DNA from: Octopus bimaculoides
Lineage: Eukaryota
Assembly (NCBI RefSeq): GCF_001194135.2
Contig: NC_068988.1
Location: 92,134,341-92,198,340 of the forward strand
Reading direction: 5' to 3'
Length of the DNA: 64,000 bases
The position numbers and the translations under genes are program-made. This document shows positions 39,427 to 51,609 of the stretch, piece by piece; positions within the stretch are counted from its first letter, which is position 1; each line of letters starts with the position of its first letter. The notes beneath the pieces are model-generated. The model saw nothing but the letters and a program-made list of their open reading frames with translations, was not told the DNA's origin and made no database searches.

Positions 39427-41478
39427 GTAAGTCTAGCAAGATAGTTGAGATACTTAAAAGGAGGCGTGTTGATGTATACTCCATCCAAAGGTAAGGTAGA
39501 GAGGGGCTTCAGCCAGGTTCCTCACAGGCAAGACACATGAGTATAAAATCTTCTGGGAAGGTAACAGTGACGGAGTAGGTGGCATGGGCATACTTCTTGT
39601 AGAGAAATGGGTGAATAGGGTCATAGAGGAAGTCAGAGTGTGCGATAGAGTGCTTAAGCTCAGGTTAGTCTTGCAAAATGGTACAGCTACGATTATCTCT
39701 GCCTATGCCCCACAAGCAGGCCTACCAAATGAACAGAAGGACCACTTTTGTGATATTCTTCTGCAGGCTACCTCAAAGATGAGTGACAATAATCTCATCT
39801 TCGTGGCTGGGAATTTCAATGGGCATGTCAGACAGCAGCCTATTATCTTCCACGGTGTACATGGAGGCCATGGAATTGGTCCCCAAAACAAAGAGGGAAC
39901 AAGGCTACTGGAGTTCTGTGATGCAAATAACTTATTGATCTGCAACTTCAAGAAGCCAGCCAGCTACCTGGGAACCTATCAATCAGGTGACTGTGCTAGC
40001 CAGATTGATTACATTCTCCAGACAGCAGGATGCCTGGTTGCTCTTAAATACAAAAACCCTCCCTGGTGAAGAATATACCCCACAGCATAGACTATTTGTT
40101 AGTGACTTTAGACTCCAGGCCAGAAAGATGTCAAGAATCGGACCAATCTGGAAAAGAAAGATTTGGAAGTTTCAAGACTCTTCATATGGTCAGAGATTGA
40201 AGGACATCCTAATTGAGAAATTTGATGAGAGGGAGGAGGAACTACAGACTTGTGACATGGAGGGCAACTGGGAATTTCTGCGAGACAGCTTGCTGAGTGC
40301 TACAGACCAAATCTGTGGCTGGTGCAAAGTCCCTTCCAGACTTAGGGTAACATGGTGGTGAAACGATGCTGTAGATAGGGCTATTAGAATAAAGAAACAA
40401 GCCTGGAAGAGTAGAGGTAGCAGGGAACTGTATCAGATAGCCAGAAGGGAAGCTAGAAGACAGGTATATCTAACCAAGGGAGAAGCAGAAAAGAAGTTTG
40501 CCAATGTTGAATGACATGAGGACCAAAGAACTGAAGTATTTCAGATTGCAAGACAGTGTGTGAGAAAAAATTGTGATGTCATAGGGAGAAATGTATCTGC
40601 ATGGATGATGGTGCACTTGCATTTAATGATTCTGCAAAGAAAGAGGCTTGGAGTTGCCATTATGAAAGACTGCTGAACATGGAGAATGAATGGAAGGAGG
40701 AGAGTCTGCCAAATGTTAACCCAATTGAGGGACCAGCTACTCAAATTGACAGTACCTTGGTAGATAAAGCAATTAAGGTTATGAAGACAGGGAAAGCACC
40801 TGGCCCATCAGGAATCACTGCCAAAATGGTGAAAATGTCTGGTAGTGTGGTTTATGGTCTAGTCACCCATATTGTAAATCAAATGGTTCACGAAGGAGTC
40901 ATAGCCAATGACTGATGTTGCAGCACCATAGTCAACTGCTACAGAAGCACAAGTGATGCCTTAGATAGAAATAATTACAGAGGTGTCAAATTGTTGGATC
41001 AAGTGATGAAAGTTACAGAGAGAGTTATAGCCCAACTAATTAGGGAGAGAGTTAGTATAGATGAGATGTGGTTTGGTTTTGTGCCAGGTAGAAGGACCAC
41101 TGATGCTATATTTCTGGTAAAGCAGCTGCAGGAGAAATACCTAACCAAAGATATAGACTTTTGTACTTGGCTTTTGTTGACTTGGAGAAAGCCTTTGACA
41201 GGGTCCCCCGATCCCTTATCTGGTGGTCAATGTGGAAACTAGGGATAGACGAGTAGTTGGTGAGAGCTGTACAAGCATTATACAGGAATGCTTCCAGTAA
41301 GATGAGGGTTGGCAATGAGTACAGCGAAGAATTCAGGGTATATATAGGGATTCACCAAGGATTGGTGCTCAACCCCCTCTTGTTCATCATAGTCTTCCAG
41401 GTAATAATAGAGGAATTCAAGACAGGCTACTCCTGGGAGCTCCTCTATGCTGATGACCTTGCTCTTATAGTTGAATCA
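39427..41478 (+). mobile_element. RTE-clade LINE: APE endonuclease + RT pseudogene
   Basis: VEILKRRRVDVYSIQ, TATIISAYAPQAGL, GNFNGHV, SQIDYIL, GKAPGPSGITA, ELLYADDLAL; many stops and frameshifts. Confidence 0.92.
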
Positions 41479-41707
41479 CTATCAGAACCATGTTAGCCAT
41501 CCTCTGAAATTGCTGCACATTTTATGTATCCAAAGCTTACACTGGGTGCATCTTATAGAGTTTCTATCTATGCCTTTCCTACAGATCAAGCAAGGCCATC
41601 TACCTGAAGGGATTTGTGATTTGTCTGGCTTTCTACTTACTAAGACTTTGGTTTTTGCTAGATTAACTCTAAAGCACTTCGATTCTAGACCTTGCTTCCA
41701 TACCTGG
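41479..41707 (-). mobile_element. Inverted continuation of the same RTE RT
   Basis: FQVWKQGLESKCFRVNLAKTKV...WPCLICRKG...CTQCKLWIH read on the minus strand. Confidence 0.85.
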
Positions 41708-42225
41708 AAATGTGGTTTTGTGCATCGTGAATTCATCCTCCAGGGTCCGACAGTCAATTGAGAGTTCTACTGCGACATTTTGAAGTATTTGAGGAAAGGC
41801 ATTCAGTGAAAATGACTGGACCTGTGAAGCATGAAGAATTGGATTCTTCACAACGACAATGCACCCTGTCACCAGGCTCTCTTCACTTGTGAGTTTCTTG
41901 CCAAAAACAACATAGTATCACTTCTGCACCCACCCTATTCACAAGATTTAGCATCTGCAGACTTCCATCTCTTCCCCAAGATGAAAATGCAGCTCAAAAG
42001 TCGCTGTTTTAACACTGTTGTCAAGGTCCAGAGCGAATCACTGAAGGTCCTTCACTTGCTTATGGAAAACAACTTCTACACCAGATTTCAAAAGTGGCAG
42101 GAATTCTAGGACCAGTGTATTGCTGCACAAGGTGACTATTTTGAAGGAGACAATATTAAAACTTAGGTAGATGAGCTACTTTTTATTAAACATAACTAGT
42201 TCTGGAACTTTTTGATACCGCCTCA
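41708..42225 (+). mobile_element. mariner 3' half with right TIR
   Basis: WILHNDNAPCH...HPPYSQDLASADFHLF; terminus gttctggaactttttgataccgcctca|TA. Confidence 0.88.
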
Positions 42226-42277
42226 TAGGTCTTCAGTATATCTGGACATATGGAAACTATACTGTTGGTCAATAAAG

Positions 42278-42308
<31 letters not shown>

Positions 42309-42484
42309 GATTCAAAGAGTTGGAGGATATCTTCGTTAATTGTAGTCTCTGTTGTTTTAGAAGTATTAGAATTTATTTAAATAGCGTATGGCCAGAGAGG
42401 TTACCCTTCATCAGGATGAGACACTGTAGTGTATTCAATGATCAGGGTAGATTCCGTGAAAGAAGGAGAGATTGTAGGGACTAT

Positions 42485-42533
<49 letters not shown>

Positions 42534-44116
42534 TATATATATATAAGTAAATCTATGCAGCAAATCTATGCATACAAACTTGTCAAATTTACCTATTTCT
42601 CTGTAGACTGAAAGAATAATGAACAGTTTTAATCGGTTTCCATCCCTTATTTGTGTCTTGTCAGATGTGTTCACATCACTCGATCAATCCTAGAAAAACA
42701 AGTAGCCAATCTGCTTATATATACATCAAATGTATTATGACTTTCTTTTGGTACATCCATTTTAAAAAAAAGATATACAGATTGCTCTTTGGTACTAATA
42801 TTCTTTCCATCACTCATAACTAATACAAAAAAATATTATCCTGAATTTTCATTTGTTTATTGTGATGTTAAAATTTTTGTTGCACTACTATGACCTTGTT
42901 GCTGACACAGTGGCACTGTGTCAGTGACCAATTTGTAGTGGTGCAGCAAAAATTTTGACATTTCAAGACATAAATGAAAAGTGAATATAAGTTTTTTTGT
43001 ATGTTTTTAGACAGATCAAGTGTCTTTTTTCATGAGTAATTACTTCGGCTTCAATACACTCTCTCACATCATGTGACTTGCTAGACAAACACAACAGAGT
43101 TTATTTATTCAAAATTGTTGATTCAATGTATAGTTAGAATTTTATATACAATAATATAAAATAGGTACGGTTTAAACTACTACATCAAACTTGTAAGCAC
43201 CAAATAAAAGTTTTTGAGGTGTTCATTGTAAACATGTAAGTCTAAATGTGAGATGAGGATCTGTTATTATCTTCTTCTTACCATTTTGGCTCTCGTTAAA
43301 ACTAAAATTCATCAAAAATTATTATAAATGTATCTTTTAGCTTTGATTTGTTTTTAAGCCTAGTATTTATTCCATCAGCCTCTTTTGCCAAATAAAGATG
43401 TAAACAAACCAACAACAGTTGTCAAGTAGTGGTGGGAGACAAACACAGATGCAAAAATCACACACACACACACACACAAAGAGGCAAAAATACATACTAT
43501 GTATGTATGTATATATATATATATATATTGGAAGGTTTGGAGGTGATGTACAGGAATTATATTATAGAAAAAAATTAAGGTACTCAGAAATCTGGATGGT
43601 TGTACATTTACAGATTTTTATTAATACTTCACATGTTTTATAAATCATATAAAACGCTTTTCACCTAGTCTTGTGGGATTTTCAAATTTTATATATATTA
43701 TATTATATTTATCTTATGATATTTACTTTACTTTATATTATACTCATTTATTGTGCTTTTAATTATTAATTTTTCTATATGTGATAGTGGATTTTCATCG
43801 ATGAGTTCTTGAAACTTGGTTATTTTCCCTAAAACTATATATTTTATATATATTTTATCTATAAAGCTCAATTTAATTTTAATTTTTTATAAATTGATTT
43901 TAATTGAGGTTTACCTGTAATTTTGGATTTTGTCCCTAATATTATTATATANNNNNNNNNNNNNNNNNNNNNNNNNNNNNNNNNNNNNNNNNNNNNNNNN
44001 NNNNNNNNNNNNNNNNNNNNNNNNNNNNNNNNNNNNNNNNNNNNNNNNNNNNNNNNNNNNNNNNNNNNNNNNNNNNNNNNNNNNNNNNNNNNNNNNNNNN
44101 NNNNNNNNNNNNNNNN

Positions 44117-44240
<124 letters not shown>

Positions 44241-46107
44241 ACAGGCTTCTTTTAGTTTCTGTCTGCATGGCTTTGGTCAGTCAATAGCTATAGTAGAAAA
44301 CACTTGCCCGAGGTGCCATGCTGTGGGACTGAACCCATTTTCCTATTCCTTGTTGGAACTGTTTCGACCTTATCAACAAAACCCAGCGAAAGAACGAATG
44401 TAATCTCATAATCCCTTCTTATTTCTGCTTTTCAGTGTAATTCTGTAACTCTGCTGCTTGATATAAAAACTATTTCGTATACATGCATTGATCTAAGATT
44501 ATGCTTGCAGTATTAACCTGCATGAAATGTGCAGCAGTACAAGTAAGAGAAGAGAATGGCTGTGCATTAAAAGTTTCAATGAATATTGGGAAAATATGAT
44601 TGTATTAGGGTTGACATGTGACATGAAAAGGCATTGAGTGCTGGTTCTAAATGTGATGTGAGAGAGGAAGTTCAGAGAAACAATGATATATTGCTCTGCG
44701 GAACCATCCATTTCATGTCATCTTTTTATTTGACCATCACTGAGTATTGCTGATCTCAGCTGTTGGAGAGAGTGACAGGATGGACAGCTGAGAGACAGAC
44801 AGACAGTGGTAGATAGTTGAGTTTAGCTGGCAGACAGTAGAGTACAGATGTGAAACAGACTATTAGTGAAATGTGTCTATAAGAGTGACTGACAGTAGAG
44901 TACTCTTGTGAGACAGAGCAATAAAACCTTTCTAGTAGGAACTTGTTTATATTTATTCCAAATTCTTAGATTAATTAAAGTTATGTCATCTTATATATCA
45001 GTCACCTAATTATTTTTCCTTAATGCATTTTTTCTCTTCTGAAAATCTAATTTACTAAGTTGCTATTTGTAAATTATTCAAGGTGTTGAGTCGAAGAAAT
45101 TCCGTCTCCATAGCATATAATTATTGTTGTTGTTGTTGTTATTTAAAAGCAACATGAAATACAGTTGTATCTATTTTTATGACTTGCACCAGATTATCAT
45201 TTTTATTTTCATATTATAATGGCTCTATAGAAACAGATTTATACCAGAAAAAAATCCAGATTTCCCAAACTATTTTAGTTGTAGGCCATTACTATGAATA
45301 AAATTCCCAGAACAACACAAATAGAGCTGACTGACAGTAAATGTCCATTAAAAGTAGCAGAGATCAAAGGAAATTGTAATGTATTGATGTAACTGTTCTG
45401 TGAAAGTCTTGTTTGTTATTACTGCACCTGAGAGAAAGAGACAGAGAGAGAGAAAGAGGAGGGGGATAGTGTAATTGCTGGAGTTGATGAGGGAAATATC
45501 TAAATTGGTCTTGTCTTGGTGATCTGTGAGTAGTCTTGAAGTAATAGCTAGCTGCCTATAAACACAGTTCATGACACTAGGAGGGTTGCAGCCAAACTAT
45601 AAAGTCAAGAGGTGAGAAGATTATATCCCATCACGAATGCTGCACATTGTCTTTGGGAGAGCCACTTAACACTCTCAAAGACTCAGTCCACCCAGCTATA
45701 AATAGATATAACTCATTGTTGCAAATAGCAGAAGCACTATGGTTTATATTGTCTTGTGATGCAGAGTCTTGGAAACTCCTCCCATTGCTATAGCTTCATA
45801 AGAGATAGATTCCAGCAGACTGCTTTGGAGAGAGAGGTGGGGGGGGATGGTCTCTATCTGAATAAATTGGTGAGAGATGGACTCTACCAGATTGATTGGA
45901 CTTTTCTGAAACAGTGTCTCCTGCAACACAAAGTGGTGTTATAAGATTCATCACCACCATGCCACTAGTGGTAGTGATCTGTGGTACTACTGCTGCTACA
46001 GTATGACCATATTTCACTATTATAGTACCTGGATATGAGATGCAAATAGATCTGTTGCACACACACACACACACATGCATGCACCCCCTCCCTCCGCACA
46101 CATATTC

Positions 46108-46222
46108 TCTCTCGCACCTCCTGCCCTCTCTCGCACCTCCTGCTCTCTCCCACTTCCTGCCCTCTCTCTTTCCTCTGCCTTCTCTCCTCCTCCTGCCCTC
46201 TCTACTTCTCCTACCCTCTCTA
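46108..46222. repeat. Degenerate 18-bp minisatellite (~6 units, CCTCTCTCGCACCTCCTG-like)
   Basis: Units visible in register. Confidence 0.6.
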
Positions 46223-46781
46223 TGAATGTGTTTTAACTCTTCTGTTTGTCCTTTCTTTCCACAGTGTTCAGCTTTGTTGTGGCAGTGGCGGGTGTGGTGA
46301 GGGTGATGCAGATGATGATGTTGTTGTTGTTGGTGGCTTTACTGATGAGGACAATGATCAGGTTGTTGTTGTTGTTGTATAGCCCCAAGTCATCCCTCAT
46401 TGAGTAGACCTATATTCAAAGGCATTCCAACAATGATCATCCCATCATAATTGGAGTATATTGGATTACATTACCCACTGTGTTCATTCCTTTCTCAAAA
46501 CAGCAGGGCATGATTTGTGACAGATTTGCTTGTTATTTCTGGCAGGTCAAGTAACTACATAAAGGATGCTTTGTTAGTTCATTGATGATGAAGGTGATAA
46601 TGAGCTGAAACTTGTGATAATTCACTTTAATTTATATATGCCACTCTACCAAACTTATCCCTTCCTTCTCGCATATCTATTATTAATATTAGGAAGACTA
46701 ACAGGTCAGTTGTGGCTATGAGATATTACACCATGTGGGAAATGATAACTGCTTTCTTATATTTATGGCAATAGTGGTAGT

Positions 46782-47092
46782 GTGGAGGCGCAATGGCCCA
46801 GTGGTTAGGGCAGCGGACTCGTGGTCAGAGGATCGCAGTTTTGATTCCCAGACCAGGCGTTGTGAGTGTTTATTGAGTGAAAACACCTAAGCTCCACGAG
46901 GCTCCGGCAGGGGGTGGTGGCGACCCCTGTTGTACTCTTTCGCCCCAACTTTCTCTCACTCTTTCTTCCTGTTTCTTGAGTAACGCTGCAATGGACTGGC
47001 GTCCCGTCCAGCTGCGGGCAACACATACGCCATAGAAACCGGGAAACCAGGAAACCAGGCCCATGAGCCTGGCTAGGCTTTGAAAGAGCAAC
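46782..47092 (+). mobile_element. tRNA-derived SINE (OR-type head), alternative tail
   Basis: Head shared with 16037; tail gcaatggactggcgtcccgtccag...gaaaccaggcccatgagcc. Confidence 0.8.
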
Positions 47093-47938
47093 AAAGGAAA
47101 AAATAGTGGTAGTAGTGGTGGTGATGGTGATGATGGCAGCAGTGGTGGTGGTGGTGGTGGTGGTAGTTCTTGATCTCTGGTAATATAGTATTTGGTTTGC
47201 CAGATTCTTGAGGTGAACCCATGTGTTAAAACAGTTTTTGTTCTATCTTAGAAGGGTCATTACACCAATAATAAACACATGCACTGGCTCAATTTCACTT
47301 CTTTATTATTCATTGTTCATCAATTGGTTTGTCATTTGACCAACTAACTAATCAATTGTTTGGTTAATCAATTAATCAGTGGTTAGAGCATCAGGCTCAC
47401 AATTATGAAGTAGTGAGCATGATTCCCAGACCTGGCTGTGTGTTGTGTTCTTGAGCAAGACACTTTATTTCATGTTGCTCCAGTTTACTCAGCTGTAGAA
47501 AATAAGTTGTGACGTCACTGGTGCCAAGCTGTATCAGCCTTTGCCTTTCTCTTGAATAACATTAGTGGCATGGAGAAGAGAGGCTGGTATGCATAGACAA
47601 TTGCTGGTCTTCCATAAACAACCTTGCCTGGACTTGTGTGCTGGAGAGGAACTTTCTAGGTGCAATCTGATGGTCATTCATGACCGAAGGATGTCTTTAC
47701 TCTTTATCTTTTAATCTATTAAGCAGTTGCGTTTGCTAATATCTTTTCATCATTGTTAACAACCTCTTCGATGACATGCCCATTCTGTTCCATGTTAGCT
47801 TTAGACCTGAATAATAATAAAGAAGTGAAATTGAATCAGTGTGTGTGTTTATTATTGGTTTAATGATCCTCCCAAAATACTTTTAAAATATACATTATTT
47901 ACATTTGATGGATATTTGTCCACATCTTGTTTGTTGTT

Positions 47939-47984
47939 AACACAACATTTCGGCTGATACACCCTCCAGCCTTCATCAGGTGTC
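47939..47984 (-). ncRNA. Minimal type I hammerhead motif, left arm
   Basis: GACAC-CTGATGA-A-GGCTG(GAGGGTGTAT)CAGCC-GAA-ATGT-T-GTGTT. Confidence 0.75.
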
Positions 47985-48290
47985 TTGGGGAAATTTCGAA
48001 ACTGGGTTCTCATTCCTAAGGTATTTTTCAATGTTATTATTATTATTATTCAGGTCACTGCCTGGAATCAAACTCAGAATCTTGGGATTAGTAGCCTGCA
48101 CTCTTAACCACTACGTCATATGCCCGTGGGTGTAGTGGTTAAGAGCGCGGGCTACTAACCCCAAGATTCCGAGTTCAATTCCAAGCAGTGACCTGAATAA
48201 TAATAATATTATTATAATAACAATAATAATAATAATAACAACATCGTAAAATACCTTAGGAATAAGAATTCAGGTTCAAAATTTCCCCAA

Positions 48291-48333
48291 GACACCTGAT
48301 GAAGGCTTGAGGGTATATCAGCCAAAACGTGTT
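48291..48333 (+). ncRNA. Minimal type I hammerhead motif, right arm (core mutated)
   Basis: GACAC-CTGATGA-A-GGCTT(GAGGGTATAT)CAGCC-AAA-ACGT-GTT; G12>A and a 2-nt deletion. Confidence 0.6.
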
Positions 48334-48899
48334 AATAACAAACAAGATGAGGACAAATATCTGTCAAATGTAAATAATGTAAATAATTCCTCATCTCTTA
48401 AATATAGAACTGTTTCAAAATATAATATAGTAGTTCTAGTAATAGTTTCATCAACGGTTATTTATAGCGTTGCGGACTATTCTTGTCATTGTTCACTGGT
48501 TATGGTTATTCCTATTGCTAAACACCAGGTCAACATTGATCAAACTGATCTATGCTCAAAGTCATTCCAAAGGTGACCATTCCATTTTTCTTTTTAGGGC
48601 TTACATTATCTGATGTTTTGTTGTCTTATTCAAAAGGTCAAAGTGTAATTTGAAGGAGATTTGACTGCCATTTCTAGCAGGTGAAGCATGTGATTACATA
48701 GAGTCACAGGCACCCGGTGTTGTTTTGTATTGTGATGGTTGGTGCTTGTGTTGTTCAGTTACTTTATGTTAAAGTAATGGTAGTAGTGGTGATGGTGGGC
48801 TTAAGGGAGACAGTATGCAGTTCATTGCTAGAAAATTCATTGTTAGAAAATTCCAAACCCTCTGCTACTGCCCCACAAATTCATTGCAACTGGAATACA

Positions 48900-49250
48900 C
48901 AGGACCAAGAGGCATTCACACAATCACAATCACAATCAGTGCATGACCTGGGAATCAATATGAATGATGATATGTTGTCCCATGTGCCTACTACTAAGAT
49001 GGTAACAATGAAAAGGTGGTGACTGAATGGATGGACTCAGAGAGCATTCAGTACAGGAGAACAAGAAACCACGTTAGTCCTGCAGAATTCATTTATTCTT
49101 GGACATCTGGATAATTGGTCCCAGTTATGATCATTGCATGGTGTCAAAGTAACTACAGAGCTCGAGGCATTCCAGTTTTGTTACATCCATAATTTTGCCT
49201 CAAACAGATGGAATTGTTGAGCAGCTCATTCCACTCTCTTATCTTTTACA
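48900..49250 (+). mobile_element. Decayed CR1-like LINE fragment
   Basis: SVHDLGINMNDD...GWTQRAF...FILGHLDNWSQL...ELEAFQ. Confidence 0.55.
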
Positions 49251-49259
49251 TTTAGACAT

Positions 49260-49664
49260 TTATACATCACTGTTCATTTGTTTGTGTCTCTGATTAAGTC
49301 TTGAGTAGTGTTTAAGAGGACAGCGTTTCCCTCCCTTAACAGCTCCTTTGCATTTTTTTATGTCGTCTAATGTGAGATTCATTTGCTCCTTTGTTTGTCC
49401 TGCAGCCGATGTGAAACCACACTTGTCTGGTTTGCTTGTTGAGTCATCGTATTTTTCTTTCTGTTCCTTGTCCATGTTGTCGTTATTCTTGTCTGTATTA
49501 TTCTTGTTGCTGTCTATATTTGTGTCATGACTGTTTGAAATATTTTTGCTTTGTGTGTTTGTACTGGTACTGGTGCTGTTCAGTGGGGGAAAATCAGCAC
49601 AACACTACCTGCTAGGACAGTAACTGCCACTCCCCTCGACAACAGAGTCCATCTTGTTTTTCAT
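49260..49664 (-). pseudogene. 134-codon frame with one internal TAG; unknown product
   Basis: MKNKMDSVVEGSGSYCPSR*CCADFPPLNSTSTSTN...MDKEQKEKYDD...GGKRCPLKHYSRLNQRHKQMNSDV*. Confidence 0.35.
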
Positions 49665-50059
49665 AAAACAAAAAGCAATTTTTCTTTTTTTAAGGACTAA
49701 AAAGTCCAAAATTGCCCCCGAAAATGTGAATAATTCAACAATAGACTGTTTCTAGTTAACTAAAGGGGTCCCACGCAATTAACAAACGAAGCAAACGAGC
49801 AACAATCTTCAAAAATTTCAACACAAACTACAACACACGTAGCTCAGCAAAAACATTTATCTTAATGACAACAACAACAATAATAATAATGGTTTCTGAT
49901 TTAGGCACAAGGCAAGCAGTTTTTATTGGAAGGAGTAATTTGATACCATCAATCCCAGTACATGAATGGTGCTTAATTTTACCAACCCTGGAAAAAGGAA
50001 AAGCAAAGCTGACCTTGGCTATATTTGAACTCAGAATGTAAAGAGCTTGAACAAATATC

Positions 50060-51603
50060 ACAAAGCATTGCGAACTTAAAGAGAAGAATTTGTTGCAGAA
50101 AGAAATAAATGTCTCTCTTTTACCGGAACAAGGAAAAAACGGTCTCTTGGTATTCTTAACAATTGGAAAGGATTTTGTTTACTGTTGTGACGTGGCCGGA
50201 CACTTAAATGTGATGGGTGTTGAACAGAATGATCCTAGTGAATGGAGACTCTGAGTGGTTGGCGTTAGGAAGGGCATCCAGCTGTAGAAACTCTGCCAAA
50301 TTAGATTGGAGCCTGGTGTTGCCATCCGGTTTCACCAGTCCTCAATCAAATCGTCCAACCCATGCTAGCATGGAAAGCGGACGTTAAACGATGATGATGA
50401 TGATAATGATGATGAAATCCAAAGAAGAGTCTAAAATGTGTATTGATCTATAATGGAAACTTGTTTGATGTGCTTCCTACTGGTCACTCTGTACACTTAA
50501 AAGAGAATTATGATCACATAAAAGTTGTATTAGATTTACTTAAGTACGATGAACACAAATGGGTCATATGTGTGGATCTAAAAATGGTCAACTTTTTACT
50601 TGGCCAACAAGGAGGGTGTACAAAATATCCGTGTTTCCTGTGTTTCCGGGATAGCCAAGCGCGAGACAAACATGGAGAACAGAAACTGGCCAGTTAGGAA
50701 GAATTTGACTTGGGGAGAGTGAGGGAAAATCATCTTTCCACCCCTCTATATTAAACTAGGACTAATGAAGTAATTTGTCAAAGCTCTTAGTGTGGAAGGT
50801 AACTGTTTCAGATTCATATGTACAACATTTCTTGAACTAAGTTATGATAAAATAACAGCTGGTGTTTTGAATGGGCCACAAATCAGAAAGTTAACAAAAT
50901 GCCAGAATTTCTTGAGCTCGATAGCTGACATAGAAAAAAGAGCATGGGATTCATTTGTGACTATTGTGAAAGGATTTTCAGGGAGTGAAAAGGCTGCAAA
51001 CTACAAGAATTTGGTGGAGACATTAGTTGATAGCTTTCATTTTTTAGGCTGCAACATGAGCATAAAGCTTCACTTCCTCAATAGCCATCTCGATGAATTT
51101 CCTGCTAGTCTTCTAAAAGTGAGCAATGAGCGGGAGTGTTTTCATCAAGCAATCAAGATTATGGAGGGGAAATATCAAGGTTGATGGAACACACACATGA
51201 CAGCAGACTACTGTCGGAGTATTCAAAGAGACAGTGTAGGCATGAAAGTCTCCAGATGCTCTCACAAATGGAAATTTGTTCCATGAATATGAAGGAATGT
51301 GTATAATGGTTTGTGTTTTATCCTTCATATCAGAAAATTAACAGCAGGTATTTAGTAAAAGGTGACGCTATCTAACATTTCGTATTCTATTAACATTATA
51401 ACTTATTGTTTGAAGCTATGAGACTTAGTGAGATATCCTGACCAGGTAAATTATTTATACAGTACATCATAAAATAGGGGTATGCTATAGAAGGAAAACC
51501 TGATGTATTAGGAAAAAATGGATACCATATTTGAAATCGGTATCTCGAAATTAACTAAAAACAACCACAAAACCAAAGTCAGCAAAAAGTGTGTTGACCA
51601 GTG
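50060..51603 (+). mobile_element. Chapaev-like (CMC) DNA transposon, transposase pseudogene + right end
   Basis: EWRL..SKKSLKCVL, WVICVDLKMVNFLLGQQGG, PLYIKLGLMK, CNMSIKLHFLNSHLD, NERECFHQAIK; terminus ...gtgttgaccaGTG (a CAC-type end). Superfamily assignment is from recall. Confidence 0.65.
50255..50412 (+). mobile_element. Young RTE-tail insertion interrupting the transposase
   Basis: Lies between the EWRL and SKKSLKCVL codons. Confidence 0.88.
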
Positions 51604-51609
51604 ATCGGT

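Larger units (their letters stand above)
47891..48412. mobile_element. Foldback element: two divergent tRNA-like heads, each followed by a hammerhead motif
   Basis: Arms 47891-~48120 and ~48128-48381 are reverse complements, with a ~31-bp one-sided extension to 48412; flanks TTTTAAAATATA / TTTCAAAATATA. Confidence 0.85.

Noticed and set aside
43640-43825. TCGATGAGTTCTTGAAAC and an opposed CAAGACTAGGTGAAAAG as hammerheads
   Set aside because: Core boxes are mutated and stems cannot be built; too degenerate to support.
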